Shown here: positions 19,153 through 28,355 of the stretch, piece by piece | Layout: every line of letters begins with the position of its first letter | Numbering within the stretch: the first letter of the stretch is position 1 | Source of the DNA: an uncultured delta proteobacterium | GTDB taxonomy: Bacteria > Desulfobacterota > WTBG01 > CAIYCZ01 | NCBI GenBank assembly: GCA_963803975.1 | Contig: CAWDOY010000003.1 | Coordinates: forward strand, 319,919 to 383,918 | Length of the DNA: 64,000 nucleotides | Direction: 5' to 3' | Translations under genes and position numbers: made by a program | The notes under the pieces: model-generated | Told to the model about the DNA's origin: nothing | Database searches by the model: none | What the model saw: the letters and a program-made list of their open reading frames with translations, nothing else

Positions 19153-21042
19153 TTACTTGCAATACTCCTGAGGCAGGCAGATGTCAAAAAATCCCGCCGG
19201 GCAGCAGACCTGGGACATGCAGTTATCCTCTGTATAGCACAGGGGCGGGCAGTCATCGTCGCTGACACAGGACTGCTCGAGCACGTCGCACATATCGGCA
19301 GGCACGCACTTATTTTTTTCCGGGTGCAACAGCGGGCCGCAGCATTGATAGCCTTCAATGCAGTCAATAACCGTGGCGCATGAAGACATGAACGAACCCG
19401 GGTACGGCTTGCACGCAACACCGCTGCCTCCTGAATTTCCCGCATTCCCGGCCTGCCCGTTACAGCCGTTGAGCGCGTCTTTCTGTGCACCGTCAAGGAT
19501 AAAACTGAATCCAGACGGGCAGGTTATCTCAACAGCCCCGGACGCCTTGTTCTGCATGGTGAAGGAAGCCCCCGATGCCGTGGTAATGACTGTCCCGTTG
19601 CTGCTTGAGGATATCTGGCCGCAGAACTCATTCCGGGGATCAGGCCCGTAGTATTTGACTTCCTGGCCGCTGAGCACGTCGGTCTGGGATACTGCCCTTG
19701 ACCCGTTAGCGAACGAGATCTCATACGTCATATTGTCCGGCGTCAGCACAAAGTCCATCTTGTAGAAGCATTCTCCCTCAGGATGGAAGCAGATAAAGAA
19801 ATCTCCCAGCTCCTTGCCGCAGGTATTAAGAAACGGATTATCTGCCGGGTCAAAATTGCAGTCTGCTGCGCCACTTTGCTGCCCGGGGTCTTCAGTGCCG
19901 AGAACAATTGTTTTCAGCTGAAGGCAGGACGCCTGTGAACAGTCTGCGGGGTAGACATTGCTGCGGGTTGAGCCGGCGGTAAAAGTCCTGGTTGTCTTTT
20001 TACCCGATTGATCGGTCACCGTTAAAAGGACCGTCTCATCCCGCTCAGCGGTCAGGCAGAAATTGCCGTTTTCATCGCTATAGGTCCTGGCGTAGATGCC
20101 GCGGTTATAATACGGGTCATTTATATCAACCTGCTGCGCAGTAACTATCGCGCTGACCACCGGTTTGCCCTGTGCGTCCTGAACAAGACCGTTGACACAC
20201 GAGGGGTCCATGGCGCGGGCAACATTGTAGGTGGTGAGATGATCGATTGTTACATGATAGGTGTTAGTGCCGGCATCATAGGTTGCCTGGTTTTTTATTT
20301 CCACCCAGCGTGCCTCTTTTTCCTCATAGTACCAGACCGGGGAGGTGTCAGGCTTGGTGCCGGCAGAGGGCGCCGGAATCACAAGGTCCATGGTCTTGCC
20401 CGGGGCTATCTGGAGCAGCTCGTTGTTTTTTGTCACCTGCACGTCGAGCAGCCCGTAGCTGGGGAGCGGCACGGTATTACCTTCAAGAGTATAGCCGCGC
20501 AATTCCCCCGGATAGGCCTGCGCTTCTTCCTCTATGGCCGGGTCATATGGCGTCAGGGCAATGTCAACCTCACCGCCTATTAGCGCACCGTTTTTATCAA
20601 CAAAGGCCTCGGGCGGAGCTGAGGCGCCTTCGCCGCGCGGGCCGGTAACGGTGCCGCCCTGCGTGGTATCAATGGTCTGACGCCTGGTCCGGGGCATCAT
20701 CTGTACCGGGAGATAGGTTGTGACTCCCTTAAGGACGTCCACGCGCCAGCTGCCGGTTACCAGGCCGGAGCCGGAAAATATAACGATCTGGTCAAGGCCG
20801 GGCTTGAGGGGAAGTTTAAAGCTGCCATCGCTTCCACTTGTGGCAGAGCTTTTTCCGCAGGTGATCTGAACGTCTGCGAGCTGCTTGCCGGAGACATCGG
20901 CCACTGTTCCCGAAACACCGGTATCGCCCTTCGGGATGCAGCCGGTGCATAGCAGAATGCTCAGACAAAGAAGCAGCGCTGCGTGTTGTTTTGCCTTCCC
21001 TGGTCCGGCAGATCTGTTAGATACAATACTCAAGTTTATCAT
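19153..21042 (-). CDS. Lipoprotein with carboxypeptidase-regulatory-like beta-sandwich domains and Cys-rich C-terminus
   Basis: Lipobox LLCTG-C; SGTVAD..G..L and GLVQDAQGKPV domains; 14 Cys in the last ~90 aa. Confidence 0.8.
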   Translation of the reverse strand: MINLSIVSNRSAGPGKAKQHAALLLCLSILLCTGCIPKGDTGVSGTVADVSGKQLADVQITCGKSSATSGSDGSFKLPLKPGLDQIVIFSGSGLVTGSWRVDVLKGVTTYLPVQMMPRTRRQTIDTTQGGTVTGPRGEGASAPPEAFVDKNGALIGGEVDIALTPYDPAIEEEAQAYPGELRGYTLEGNTVPLPSYGLLDVQVTKNNELLQIAPGKTMDLVIPAPSAGTKPDTSPVWYYEEKEARWVEIKNQATYDAGTNTYHVTIDHLTTYNVARAMDPSCVNGLVQDAQGKPVVSAIVTAQQVDINDPYYNRGIYARTYSDENGNFCLTAERDETVLLTVTDQSGKKTTRTFTAGSTRSNVYPADCSQASCLQLKTIVLGTEDPGQQSGAADCNFDPADNPFLNTCGKELGDFFICFHPEGECFYKMDFVLTPDNMTYEISFANGSRAVSQTDVLSGQEVKYYGPDPRNEFCGQISSSSNGTVITTASGASFTMQNKASGAVEITCPSGFSFILDGAQKDALNGCNGQAGNAGNSGGSGVACKPYPGSFMSSCATVIDCIEGYQCCGPLLHPEKNKCVPADMCDVLEQSCVSDDDCPPLCYTEDNCMSQVCCPAGFFDICLPQEYCK

Positions 21043-21069
21043 GACACCACCTCAAGCGCTGTTCGGTTG

Positions 21070-21226
21070 GAATAAACTACCCCGCCGCAAGCGGACGGGG
21101 TATTGAAGGCATTTCGTCATGCCGGACTTGATCCGGCATCCAGTTTGCTTTTTTTCTGGATTCCGGCTTTCGCCGGAATGACTGGATGCGCGGCAAGCCG
21201 CGGGGTATTGAACCCGAAGTGAATAA
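21070..21226. mobile_element. Nested hairpin/REP-like non-autonomous element
   Basis: TACCCCG-CCGCAAGCGGA-CGGGGTA hairpin; inverted pair GTCATGCCGGACTTGATCCGGCATCCAG / CTGGATTCCGGCTTTCGCCGGAATGAC; GAATAA at both ends. Confidence 0.7.
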
Positions 21227-21415
21227 GAAGCCCTTGACACGGAAAACCGTTCTATTGTATTTTGATTATAAAACTCCTGTTGCTGCGCTTCAAGTGAAAA
21301 ACTGATTATGTGTTTGCGCTGCAGCCTCATCTGCGGAAAGACCCCTCAGATTGCCGCTGTGCCGGAAAAATTGCAATTATTGATAATTGACAGGAACTCG
21401 CTTTCGGATGAAGGA

Positions 21416-21444
21416 AGTATAGGCAGGTGATGATTGTGTGTCAA
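21416..21444 (-). promoter_or_regulatory. Near-consensus sigma70 promoter for the islet lipoprotein
   Basis: TTGACA-N17-TATACT on the minus strand. Confidence 0.75.
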
Positions 21445-21473
21445 TAAAGAATCCGTCGCAAGATATGGGCAGA

Positions 21474-21590
21474 GGGAGCCACCATTAACAATTATTAAAA
21501 AGGTTAGCCCTGATTCATATCAGTAGCTAACCTTTTTAATATAAAATCTGCCTCATATCGAAGATGCTTCTTCAGCTTAGCCGATCACAA
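21474..21590 (+). repeat. ~115 bp direct repeat, copy 2 (includes terminator 21494-21540)
   Basis: GGGAGCCACCA...ATTAAAAAGGTTAGC...GCTAACCTTTTTAATATAAAATCTGC...TTCTTCAGCTTAGCC. Confidence 0.9.
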
Positions 21591-22618
21591 AAAACAGTAG
21601 ATCTGTTCTTACCCTGTGCTTTACTGCTCAATAAAGCCTTGTCTGCCAGTCTAATCAATTCGTTCATCTCTAAGCCATGATCAGGATAGCTTGCATAACC
21701 GATACTTACCGTTATCTCAACTTGTTCGCCATCACCAGTAAACGGCGTGCTTTCCATTTTCTTTCTCAACCGCTCTCCGGCAATTAAAGCATTTTCAGTG
21801 GTTGTTTCGGGAAGTAAAACAATGAATTCATCGCCGCCGTAGCGGGCAACTATGTCAGTGATGCGCAAATTTGAAACAATCGTTTCTGAAATGTTTTTAA
21901 TCAGCCTGTCGCCTGCCGGATGGCCGAACCGGTCATTTATCGACTTGAGGTTATCCGCGTCTATAATCATTATAGTAAAATAATGGTTAAACCGGTGAGC
22001 CCGCATAATTTCCTGTCCCATGAGGATCATAAAAATCCGCATATTATACAGCCCGGTGAGATAATCAGTCTGAGAGAGCTCTTCAATTTTTTCTTTTGCC
22101 CCGGCATTTTCTTTTGAGAGCTTTATCGTAACATATGCCGTAAGCCAGAACGGAAACAGCTGAATAAACGGGCCGCTGAGCTGAATCAGCGTGAGCTTTG
22201 ATATCATGGAGGGCGTAAAGCTCAACAAAAAGCAGATGGCTGATATGAGCCCAACTTCAAGGAAGGCAACAACTTCTCCAAGCGTTGAACATGCAGTTAT
22301 AATAACCAATAAATAAAGGCTTAAAAGCGGGCTTTCAATTTTCCCGGTGTTCCATAGTATGAAACTGATAAATGCTATCATCGCCCAGGTATCAATGGTC
22401 AGTTTCGATTTGCTGATTATAGAATCAAGCCCGATATAATGAGACATGATAATGAATAAGGTGAAGCACCCCAGTGCAATGAGCACACCCGGATTCTCCT
22501 GGAGTGAGAAGTCGGATATCTCTATATAGAGGATTACCAGCGTTACCAGAAGCCATTCAATTTCTGCGACTCGTTTATTCAATCCCTTGAGCTCTTCTAT
22601 TTTAATGCTTATTATCAT
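21572..22618 (-). CDS. Membrane-bound diguanylate cyclase
   Basis: N-terminal TMs; DYLTGLYN, RITD I-site, GGDEF. Confidence 0.95.
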   Translation of the reverse strand: MIISIKIEELKGLNKRVAEIEWLLVTLVILYIEISDFSLQENPGVLIALGCFTLFIIMSHYIGLDSIISKSKLTIDTWAMIAFISFILWNTGKIESPLLSLYLLVIITACSTLGEVVAFLEVGLISAICFLLSFTPSMISKLTLIQLSGPFIQLFPFWLTAYVTIKLSKENAGAKEKIEELSQTDYLTGLYNMRIFMILMGQEIMRAHRFNHYFTIMIIDADNLKSINDRFGHPAGDRLIKNISETIVSNLRITDIVARYGGDEFIVLLPETTTENALIAGERLRKKMESTPFTGDGEQVEITVSIGYASYPDHGLEMNELIRLADKALLSSKAQGKNRSTVFCDRLS

Positions 22619-22664
22619 GCATGGACAAAGGCTTGATCATGATTGCACTCCTTATGGGTTTTGT

Positions 22665-24086
22665 TTACAAGCTTATATCGTAGCTGCTTTCCTTGCGGGC
22701 CATGCGGCTGTGCTTAATACCGTAGAAAAAATATATAAACAAGCCGATAATAAGCCACAAAGCAAACCGAATCCAGGTAATCTGGGGCAATGACAGCATC
22801 AATCCGGTACAAAAGCTGATTCCTAACAAAGGGATTAATGGCACTAACGGGCAGCGGAACGGGCGTTTCAAATCAGGGTGCGTCCTGCGTAAAATTGCAA
22901 TCCCTCCGCATACAATGCAGAAAGCAAACAGCGTCCCGATGTTGCAGAGTTCTGCTGCTGTGCCGATATCAAGAAAACCTGCAAAAGCCGCCACAACTGC
23001 ACCGGTTATCAGTTGCGCTATATACGGGGTTCTGAAGCGCGGGTGGACTTTTGAAATCCAGGGCCATAACAGACCATCACGTGACATCGAAAAGAATACC
23101 CGCGGCATACCCAGCAGCATTACCAGAAGGACGCTCGTTATGCCTGCCACAGCCCCAACCGAAACAAGCGCTGAACCCCATCTGAATCCTAACAGATTAA
23201 GGGCATGTGCAACCGGTGCCGGATGATTGAGCTCCTTGTATGAAACCATCCCGGTTAAAATTGCTGCTACCAGAATATATAAAACAGTGCATATAGTCAG
23301 GGAAAGAATAATCCCGATGGGCATGTTTCGCTGCGGATTTTTAGTTTCTTCAGCAGCAGTTGAAATTGCATCAAAACCAATATAGGCAAAAAATATAATA
23401 GCAGCCGCAGTCATAACACCTTTAAAGCCGAAGGGTAAAAAGGGAACCCAGTTAACCGGCTTGATGTTGAAACAGCCGACAGCTATAAAAATTACTACTG
23501 TTATGAGTTTAACGAAAACCATGATGCTGGTAAAACGGGCGCTCTCTTTGATACCGACGATAAGTATGGCCGTTAAAAAAAGCACCACCAGCATTGCCGG
23601 AAGGTTGATCAAAGCTCCCGGTACCGTGCCTGGCGCATTTGAGCACCAGACCGGGATGGTTATGCCGATTGCCTGCATGATATTGACAAAATATCCCGAC
23701 CACCCTATTGCTACGGCAATTGACGCCACAATATATTCCAGAATCAAATCCCAGCCGATAATCCAGGCAATCATCTCGCCCATCGTGGCATAGGCATAAT
23801 TATAGGCGCTTCCAGCTACCGGCATTAAGGAAGCAAATTCCGCGTAGCAGAATGCGGTAAAAAAACAGGCACCGGCGGAAATACACAGGGAAAGAATAAT
23901 GCCAGGGCCGGCAAAGCGCGCAGCTGCAGTGCCGGTCAGCACAAATATGCCGACACCGATAATCGCCCCTATCCCCAGTATGGTTAGATCAAATGCGTTA
24001 AGGGAGCGCTGCAGACGGTGCTGCTCCATATCTATCTCTTCTAACAGATGCTGAAATACTTTGCGCCTGAATAATCTTTTAACCAT
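22665..24086 (-). CDS. APC-family amino acid permease (CAT/YfnA-like)
   Basis: GAIIGVGIF, GSAY, FFAYIGFD, AEETKNPQRNMP. Confidence 0.95.
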   Translation of the reverse strand: MVKRLFRRKVFQHLLEEIDMEQHRLQRSLNAFDLTILGIGAIIGVGIFVLTGTAAARFAGPGIILSLCISAGACFFTAFCYAEFASLMPVAGSAYNYAYATMGEMIAWIIGWDLILEYIVASIAVAIGWSGYFVNIMQAIGITIPVWCSNAPGTVPGALINLPAMLVVLFLTAILIVGIKESARFTSIMVFVKLITVVIFIAVGCFNIKPVNWVPFLPFGFKGVMTAAAIIFFAYIGFDAISTAAEETKNPQRNMPIGIILSLTICTVLYILVAAILTGMVSYKELNHPAPVAHALNLLGFRWGSALVSVGAVAGITSVLLVMLLGMPRVFFSMSRDGLLWPWISKVHPRFRTPYIAQLITGAVVAAFAGFLDIGTAAELCNIGTLFAFCIVCGGIAILRRTHPDLKRPFRCPLVPLIPLLGISFCTGLMLSLPQITWIRFALWLIIGLFIYFFYGIKHSRMARKESSYDISL

Positions 24087-24197
24087 ATTGATCCGTTTTG
24101 ATTACAATGCTGTGATGCAAAACAGTATATTATTTTTACTCTATTGCCAATATATTTTGGCTTGCTTAATCAAAGAACAGGGGGCATGCAGCGCTTT

Positions 24198-25160
24198 TCA
24201 GGAAGGGTTTGAAAAGGAGGGGTTCTGAACAATGGATAAAAAGATGTCAGCTATGCGCGGGTCAAATGCTTTACCCTTCATAGAGGTCATAATCTCAATT
24301 GCCTTATCAACGCTGTACCCTTTTCGATACGGCCTATCGGATGTAAGCGCATCATACACATCAGCTATCGATACGATGCGGGCTTCAAGCGGTATTACGT
24401 CCCCCTGCAGTCCGTAGGGGTATCCGCTGCCGTCAAATGCTTCGTGATGATGGAGAATGATATTTACAATGATCGGATGCAGCAGGGCCCGTTTTGCCAC
24501 GTCAGCTCCCCATTCCGGGTGTTTCTTGACAATTTTCATTTCCTGTTCATTGAGCTTGCCGGGATAATTAAGAATCGCCTCGGGAACGCCTATCTTTCCG
24601 CAATCATGAAGCCAGCTGCCATACTTGATCTCCTTTTTTATTTCTTCCTCCAGCCCCAGGTGATCGGCAATCAGAATGGCATATTTGGCAACACTGTCGC
24701 AGTGTCCGCGCGTATAGGGGTCTTTAAGCTCGATAGTCTGGGCAAGAGAGATAAGGGTTGCTTCATCACCTTTTTTCAGTGCATGAATCATTTCGTAGTG
24801 GGTTACTGCATCCTCAACCGTCTTTATGAGATCGTCGTTCTTCCAGGGCTTGAGTATAAACCGGAAAACTCCGCCGGTATTTATGGCATCCACTGCAGTC
24901 TGGAAGTCAGCAAAACCCGTCATGAGGATTTTCGCGGTATCAGGGGAAATGTCCTTTACCTGTGACAGAAACTCAATGCCGCTCATGCCCGGCATTTTCT
25001 GATCAGATACAATTACTGCTATGTCTTCCTGCTTGATGCGTTCAAGCGCAGAGCGCGGATTTGATTCGGTGACCACCTTAAAATTCTTTTCACCGAATAT
25101 AGTCTTCATGCACTCAAGTATGATTTCTTCATCATCAACAAACATCACTGTTGCTGGCAT
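24198..25160 (-). CDS. Response regulator with HD-GYP phosphodiesterase domain
   Basis: REC domain (VDDE, SDQKMP, KP); HDCGKIG, HHEAFDGSGYP. Confidence 0.95.
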   Translation of the reverse strand: MPATVMFVDDEEIILECMKTIFGEKNFKVVTESNPRSALERIKQEDIAVIVSDQKMPGMSGIEFLSQVKDISPDTAKILMTGFADFQTAVDAINTGGVFRFILKPWKNDDLIKTVEDAVTHYEMIHALKKGDEATLISLAQTIELKDPYTRGHCDSVAKYAILIADHLGLEEEIKKEIKYGSWLHDCGKIGVPEAILNYPGKLNEQEMKIVKKHPEWGADVAKRALLHPIIVNIILHHHEAFDGSGYPYGLQGDVIPLEARIVSIADVYDALTSDRPYRKGYSVDKAIEIMTSMKGKAFDPRIADIFLSIVQNPSFSNPS

Positions 25161-25285
25161 AATGTAATCCCTGGATTATTTGCCGTTCTGTGTAACTATA
25201 GAATTTTCAAAAACTCCTATTAAAGCATGAGAAAACATATCGGCTACAGCAAAAGGATAGTTTAAAGTAAGTTCAAAATAATGCA

Positions 25286-26275
25286 TTATAATTTTAATTC
25301 CCAGAAAGGAACCATCTGCTGAAACTCATATAATGAACCCATAGCAATATTTTGTGTTGCTACGCCTGACTCCTCTATTGCAGCCAAAGGGTTCAGCCCG
25401 CCCGCCACAACCATACCCGCCCTTCCCTCTGCTACCGGTATATCGAGAAGTGGCTGACCCGGCCTGCCAACAAGCAGTATCCCTCCTAAACCGATTTTAT
25501 CCATTTTTTTACGTAATTTTTCTACAAAAGGGATAGCCACGGACGGTACTTCACGGAAGCTTGCGCCTATCCTGCCATTACCGGTAAGTACCGCCTGATT
25601 GACGCTCGTCATGCCACCCTTGATGAAAACCTCAAGCGGGTCAATAGAAGATCCATCATAGTTGATGATTTCAGTAAATCTAACCGGCCGCCCCTTATTC
25701 AGTTCAAGCAGACCGCCAAAGCGTGATGTTATATGAATTCCCTCATGGAGAAAAATACCATTAATGGTGACGCTGCAAGCGGTACCTATACCAACCTTGC
25801 CCTCTTCTATTATATTTTTCCCGAGCTTTTCTCCCGGATTGATAATAGCAGCATATCTGCCCATGCCTAAGCCGGCACGAAAGACCTGCTGCAATTGAGG
25901 AATTGCTTTTTTCAGATCTCTCTTGTCTATGGTTGATACATTAAGAATAATTTTGCCGCTTTGCTTTCGCAGAGAAAAGTCCATCTGATAGGTCAGATTA
26001 TCAATTTTAGATGCGACAAAACCAACCTTATTAATTACAAAAGATGATTTAAGTTCTTCCTCACCCTTGGGCGTAATGATTCTGCCCTTTTTACCAAAGC
26101 CCTGCGTAAGCCCGTCCTTATCTGTTCTGCTTAAATAATGCCGTACTGTTCTCTGACTGAGTTCAACTCCGGCATCCTGTAATTTTTGCGCTATCTTGGT
26201 ACTCCCCAGATGCTTACCGGCATCATAGAGAATATTTAAAATTAAAATGATTTTTTTCCGCGATGACGCATCCAT
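25286..26275 (-). CDS. nrpR: NrpR-family nitrogen repressor (wHTH + single NRD)
   Basis: RTVRHYL HTH, ITPKGEEEL, TACSVTING, GSSIDPLEVF, GGLNPLAA. Confidence 0.85.
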   Translation of the reverse strand: MDASSRKKIILILNILYDAGKHLGSTKIAQKLQDAGVELSQRTVRHYLSRTDKDGLTQGFGKKGRIITPKGEEELKSSFVINKVGFVASKIDNLTYQMDFSLRKQSGKIILNVSTIDKRDLKKAIPQLQQVFRAGLGMGRYAAIINPGEKLGKNIIEEGKVGIGTACSVTINGIFLHEGIHITSRFGGLLELNKGRPVRFTEIINYDGSSIDPLEVFIKGGMTSVNQAVLTGNGRIGASFREVPSVAIPFVEKLRKKMDKIGLGGILLVGRPGQPLLDIPVAEGRAGMVVAGGLNPLAAIEESGVATQNIAMGSLYEFQQMVPFWELKL

Positions 26276-26308
26276 CCCTATTTCCTCTAATGCTGTTTTG
26301 TCACTGAA

Positions 26309-26336
26309 ATAATACCGTTATATTATTTGTTGTCAA
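26309..26336 (-). promoter_or_regulatory. Candidate nrpR sigma70 promoter
   Basis: TTGACA-N16-TATTAT. Confidence 0.55.
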
Positions 26337-26343
26337 TATTTTA

Positions 26344-26361
26344 TACGGTCATTTTGCCGTA
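26344..26361. promoter_or_regulatory. Candidate operator palindrome 1
   Basis: TACGGTCATTTTGCCGTA within an AT-rich spacer. Confidence 0.5.
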
Positions 26362-26482
26362 ATAATAAATAATATTTCCTATTAATTAAATCATCGTAAA
26401 TGCTTTTCCGGAAAAAAGAAGAAAGCTGAATTTATAGAAAGAAATAGTTACCGTTATTATAATTCATAATTACATATCATAT

Positions 26483-26496
26483 CGGCCATATGACCG
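26483..26496. promoter_or_regulatory. Candidate operator palindrome 2
   Basis: CGGCCATATGACCG. Confidence 0.5.
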
Positions 26497-26614
26497 CTTT
26501 ATAATATAATTTATAAATGGTATTTTGCCTTATAAGTAAATTCTGCATGTCAATGGAGTGTTGCTATTTTGAAATGTATTTACAATGTATTATGAAATTA
26601 AAATGCTTATATTG

Positions 26615-26643
26615 TTGACATATAATTTTCACGATGCTATTTT
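26615..26643 (+). promoter_or_regulatory. sigma70 promoter for glutamate synthase-like gene
   Basis: TTGACA-N17-TATTTT with extended TG. Confidence 0.6.
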
Positions 26644-26714
26644 GCAAAACCACGATATGATGGCAATTGATTGCCGCATTAATATTTCTTATTATTATCT
26701 CAAAGGAGAGAATC

Positions 26715-28304
26715 ATGAACCTACAACAACCAAATGCTAATGAAGCAACCCAGACTTCTAATCGGTCGCGCAGTGTAGTCCCCGGCTCAGGAATATGCAC
26801 GCGGTGCATTGATGGCTGCAGAGGAAATTGCGAAGTTTTTAAAGCTACGTTCAGAGGACGAGAATTAATCTATCCCGGACCGTTTGGCACGGTTACGGCA
26901 GGCGCAGATAAAAATTATCCGGTGGACTATTCCCATATAAACATTCAGGGATATGCCCTTGGTGCTGAGGGACTTCCTGAAGGCACGCCCGCTGATCCGG
27001 ATCATGCAACATTTCCTGCCGTTAATACCGAGACAGAGTTTGGCTTTAAAAATAAGATTAAGATGAAGGTCCCGGTATTCACCGGAGCCCTCGGCTCAAC
27101 AGAAATCGCGCGGGCAAACTGGGAACACTTTGCAGTGGGTGCTGCCATATCGGGTGTTTCTTTAATATGCGGTGAAAATGTGTGCGGTATTGATCCAAAA
27201 CTTCAGCTCAATAACAAGGGGAAAGTTGTTGAGTCGCCTGAGCTGCGCCGCAGAGTTGAGAGTTACCGCAAGTTTTATGAAGGGTACGGCGATATCCATG
27301 TGCAGATGAACGTAGAAGACACAAAATTTGGCGTGGCAGAATATGCGGTAGAAAAACTCGGTGTTGAAAGCATGGAGCTTAAATGGGGCCAGGGAGCAAA
27401 ATGTATTGGCGGTGAAATCAAAGTTAATACTCTTGAACGGGCACTGGAACTGCAGAAGCGCGGTTATATTGTTACCCCTGATCCATCCCTTGAAGCCAAC
27501 CAGGCTGCTTTCAGGGATGGCGCACTCAAGCAGTTTGAACGTCACTCACGACTGGGCTTTATCGACCATGAAGGTTTTTTGAAAGAAGTAGAACGGCTGC
27601 GCAGCCTGGGAGCCAAGCGGGTCACCCTGAAAACCGGCGCCTATCCAATGCGTGAGCTTGCCATGGCAATTAAGTGGAGTTCAGAGGCAAAGATTGACCT
27701 GCTCACCATAGATGGTGCGCCGGGTGGAACAGGCATGAGCCCCTGGAGAATGATGGAAGAGTGGGGTGTTCCCACGTTTTATCTCCAGTCCATGACCTAT
27801 GAACTCTGCCAGAAGCTTGCGGCAAAAGGCGAATATGTACCTGATATAGCAATCGGCGGCGGATTTTCTGCTGAAGATCATATTTTTAAAGTCCTTGCAA
27901 TGGGTGCTCCTTACACCAAAGCTACCTGTTTTGGACGCGCGCTCATGATTCCGGGCATGGTTGGTAAAAACATGGAGCAATGGCTCAAAGAGAAGGATCT
28001 TCCCAAAACTGTTTCCGAATTCGGTAAATCCGTTGAAGAAATTTTTATCTGCTACGAGACGCTGAAAGCCAGATACGGCAATCAAATTAAAGAAATCCCT
28101 CTTGGTGCTATTGGTATCTATTCCTATACTGATAAGCTGAAGGTTGGCTTGCAGCAGCTCATGGCCGGCAGCAGAAATTTCCGTCTTTCCACGATTTCCA
28201 GAAAAGATCTTATGTCTCTCACTGAAGAGGCTACCAAGGTATCCGGCATCCCGTATGTGATGGATGCGTTTCGCGAGGAAGCAGAAAAAGTGATGGCGGG
28301 CTAA
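26715..28304 (+). CDS. FMN-binding glutamate synthase family protein (stand-alone GltB FMN domain)
   Basis: ELKWGQGAK, DGAPGGTG, N-terminal CxxCxxxCxxxC; AAGGAG RBS before MNLQQ. Confidence 0.9.
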   Translation: MNLQQPNANEATQTSNRSRSVVPGSGICTRCIDGCRGNCEVFKATFRGRELIYPGPFGTVTAGADKNYPVDYSHINIQGYALGAEGLPEGTPADPDHATFPAVNTETEFGFKNKIKMKVPVFTGALGSTEIARANWEHFAVGAAISGVSLICGENVCGIDPKLQLNNKGKVVESPELRRRVESYRKFYEGYGDIHVQMNVEDTKFGVAEYAVEKLGVESMELKWGQGAKCIGGEIKVNTLERALELQKRGYIVTPDPSLEANQAAFRDGALKQFERHSRLGFIDHEGFLKEVERLRSLGAKRVTLKTGAYPMRELAMAIKWSSEAKIDLLTIDGAPGGTGMSPWRMMEEWGVPTFYLQSMTYELCQKLAAKGEYVPDIAIGGGFSAEDHIFKVLAMGAPYTKATCFGRALMIPGMVGKNMEQWLKEKDLPKTVSEFGKSVEEIFICYETLKARYGNQIKEIPLGAIGIYSYTDKLKVGLQQLMAGSRNFRLSTISRKDLMSLTEEATKVSGIPYVMDAFREEAEKVMAG

Positions 28305-28318
28305 TGTGAAATAGGCCC

Positions 28319-28353
28319 AAAAAAGGGGAAGGCTCAGAGCCTTCCCCTTTTTT
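28319..28353. terminator. Bidirectional intrinsic terminator
   Basis: AAAAAAGGGGAAGGCTC-A-GAGCCTTCCCCTTTTTT between convergent genes. Confidence 0.92.
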
Positions 28354-28355
28354 GT

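Noticed and set aside
21290..21410. c-di-GMP-I (GEMM) riboswitch
   Set aside because: It begins ATCCGAAAG but lacks the GGCAAA/GACGCAAA core; kept only as an unknown structured leader
26659..26672. sigma54 promoter TGGCA..TTGC before the glutamate synthase gene
   Set aside because: The GG-GC spacing is one base short of the strict -24/-12 geometry
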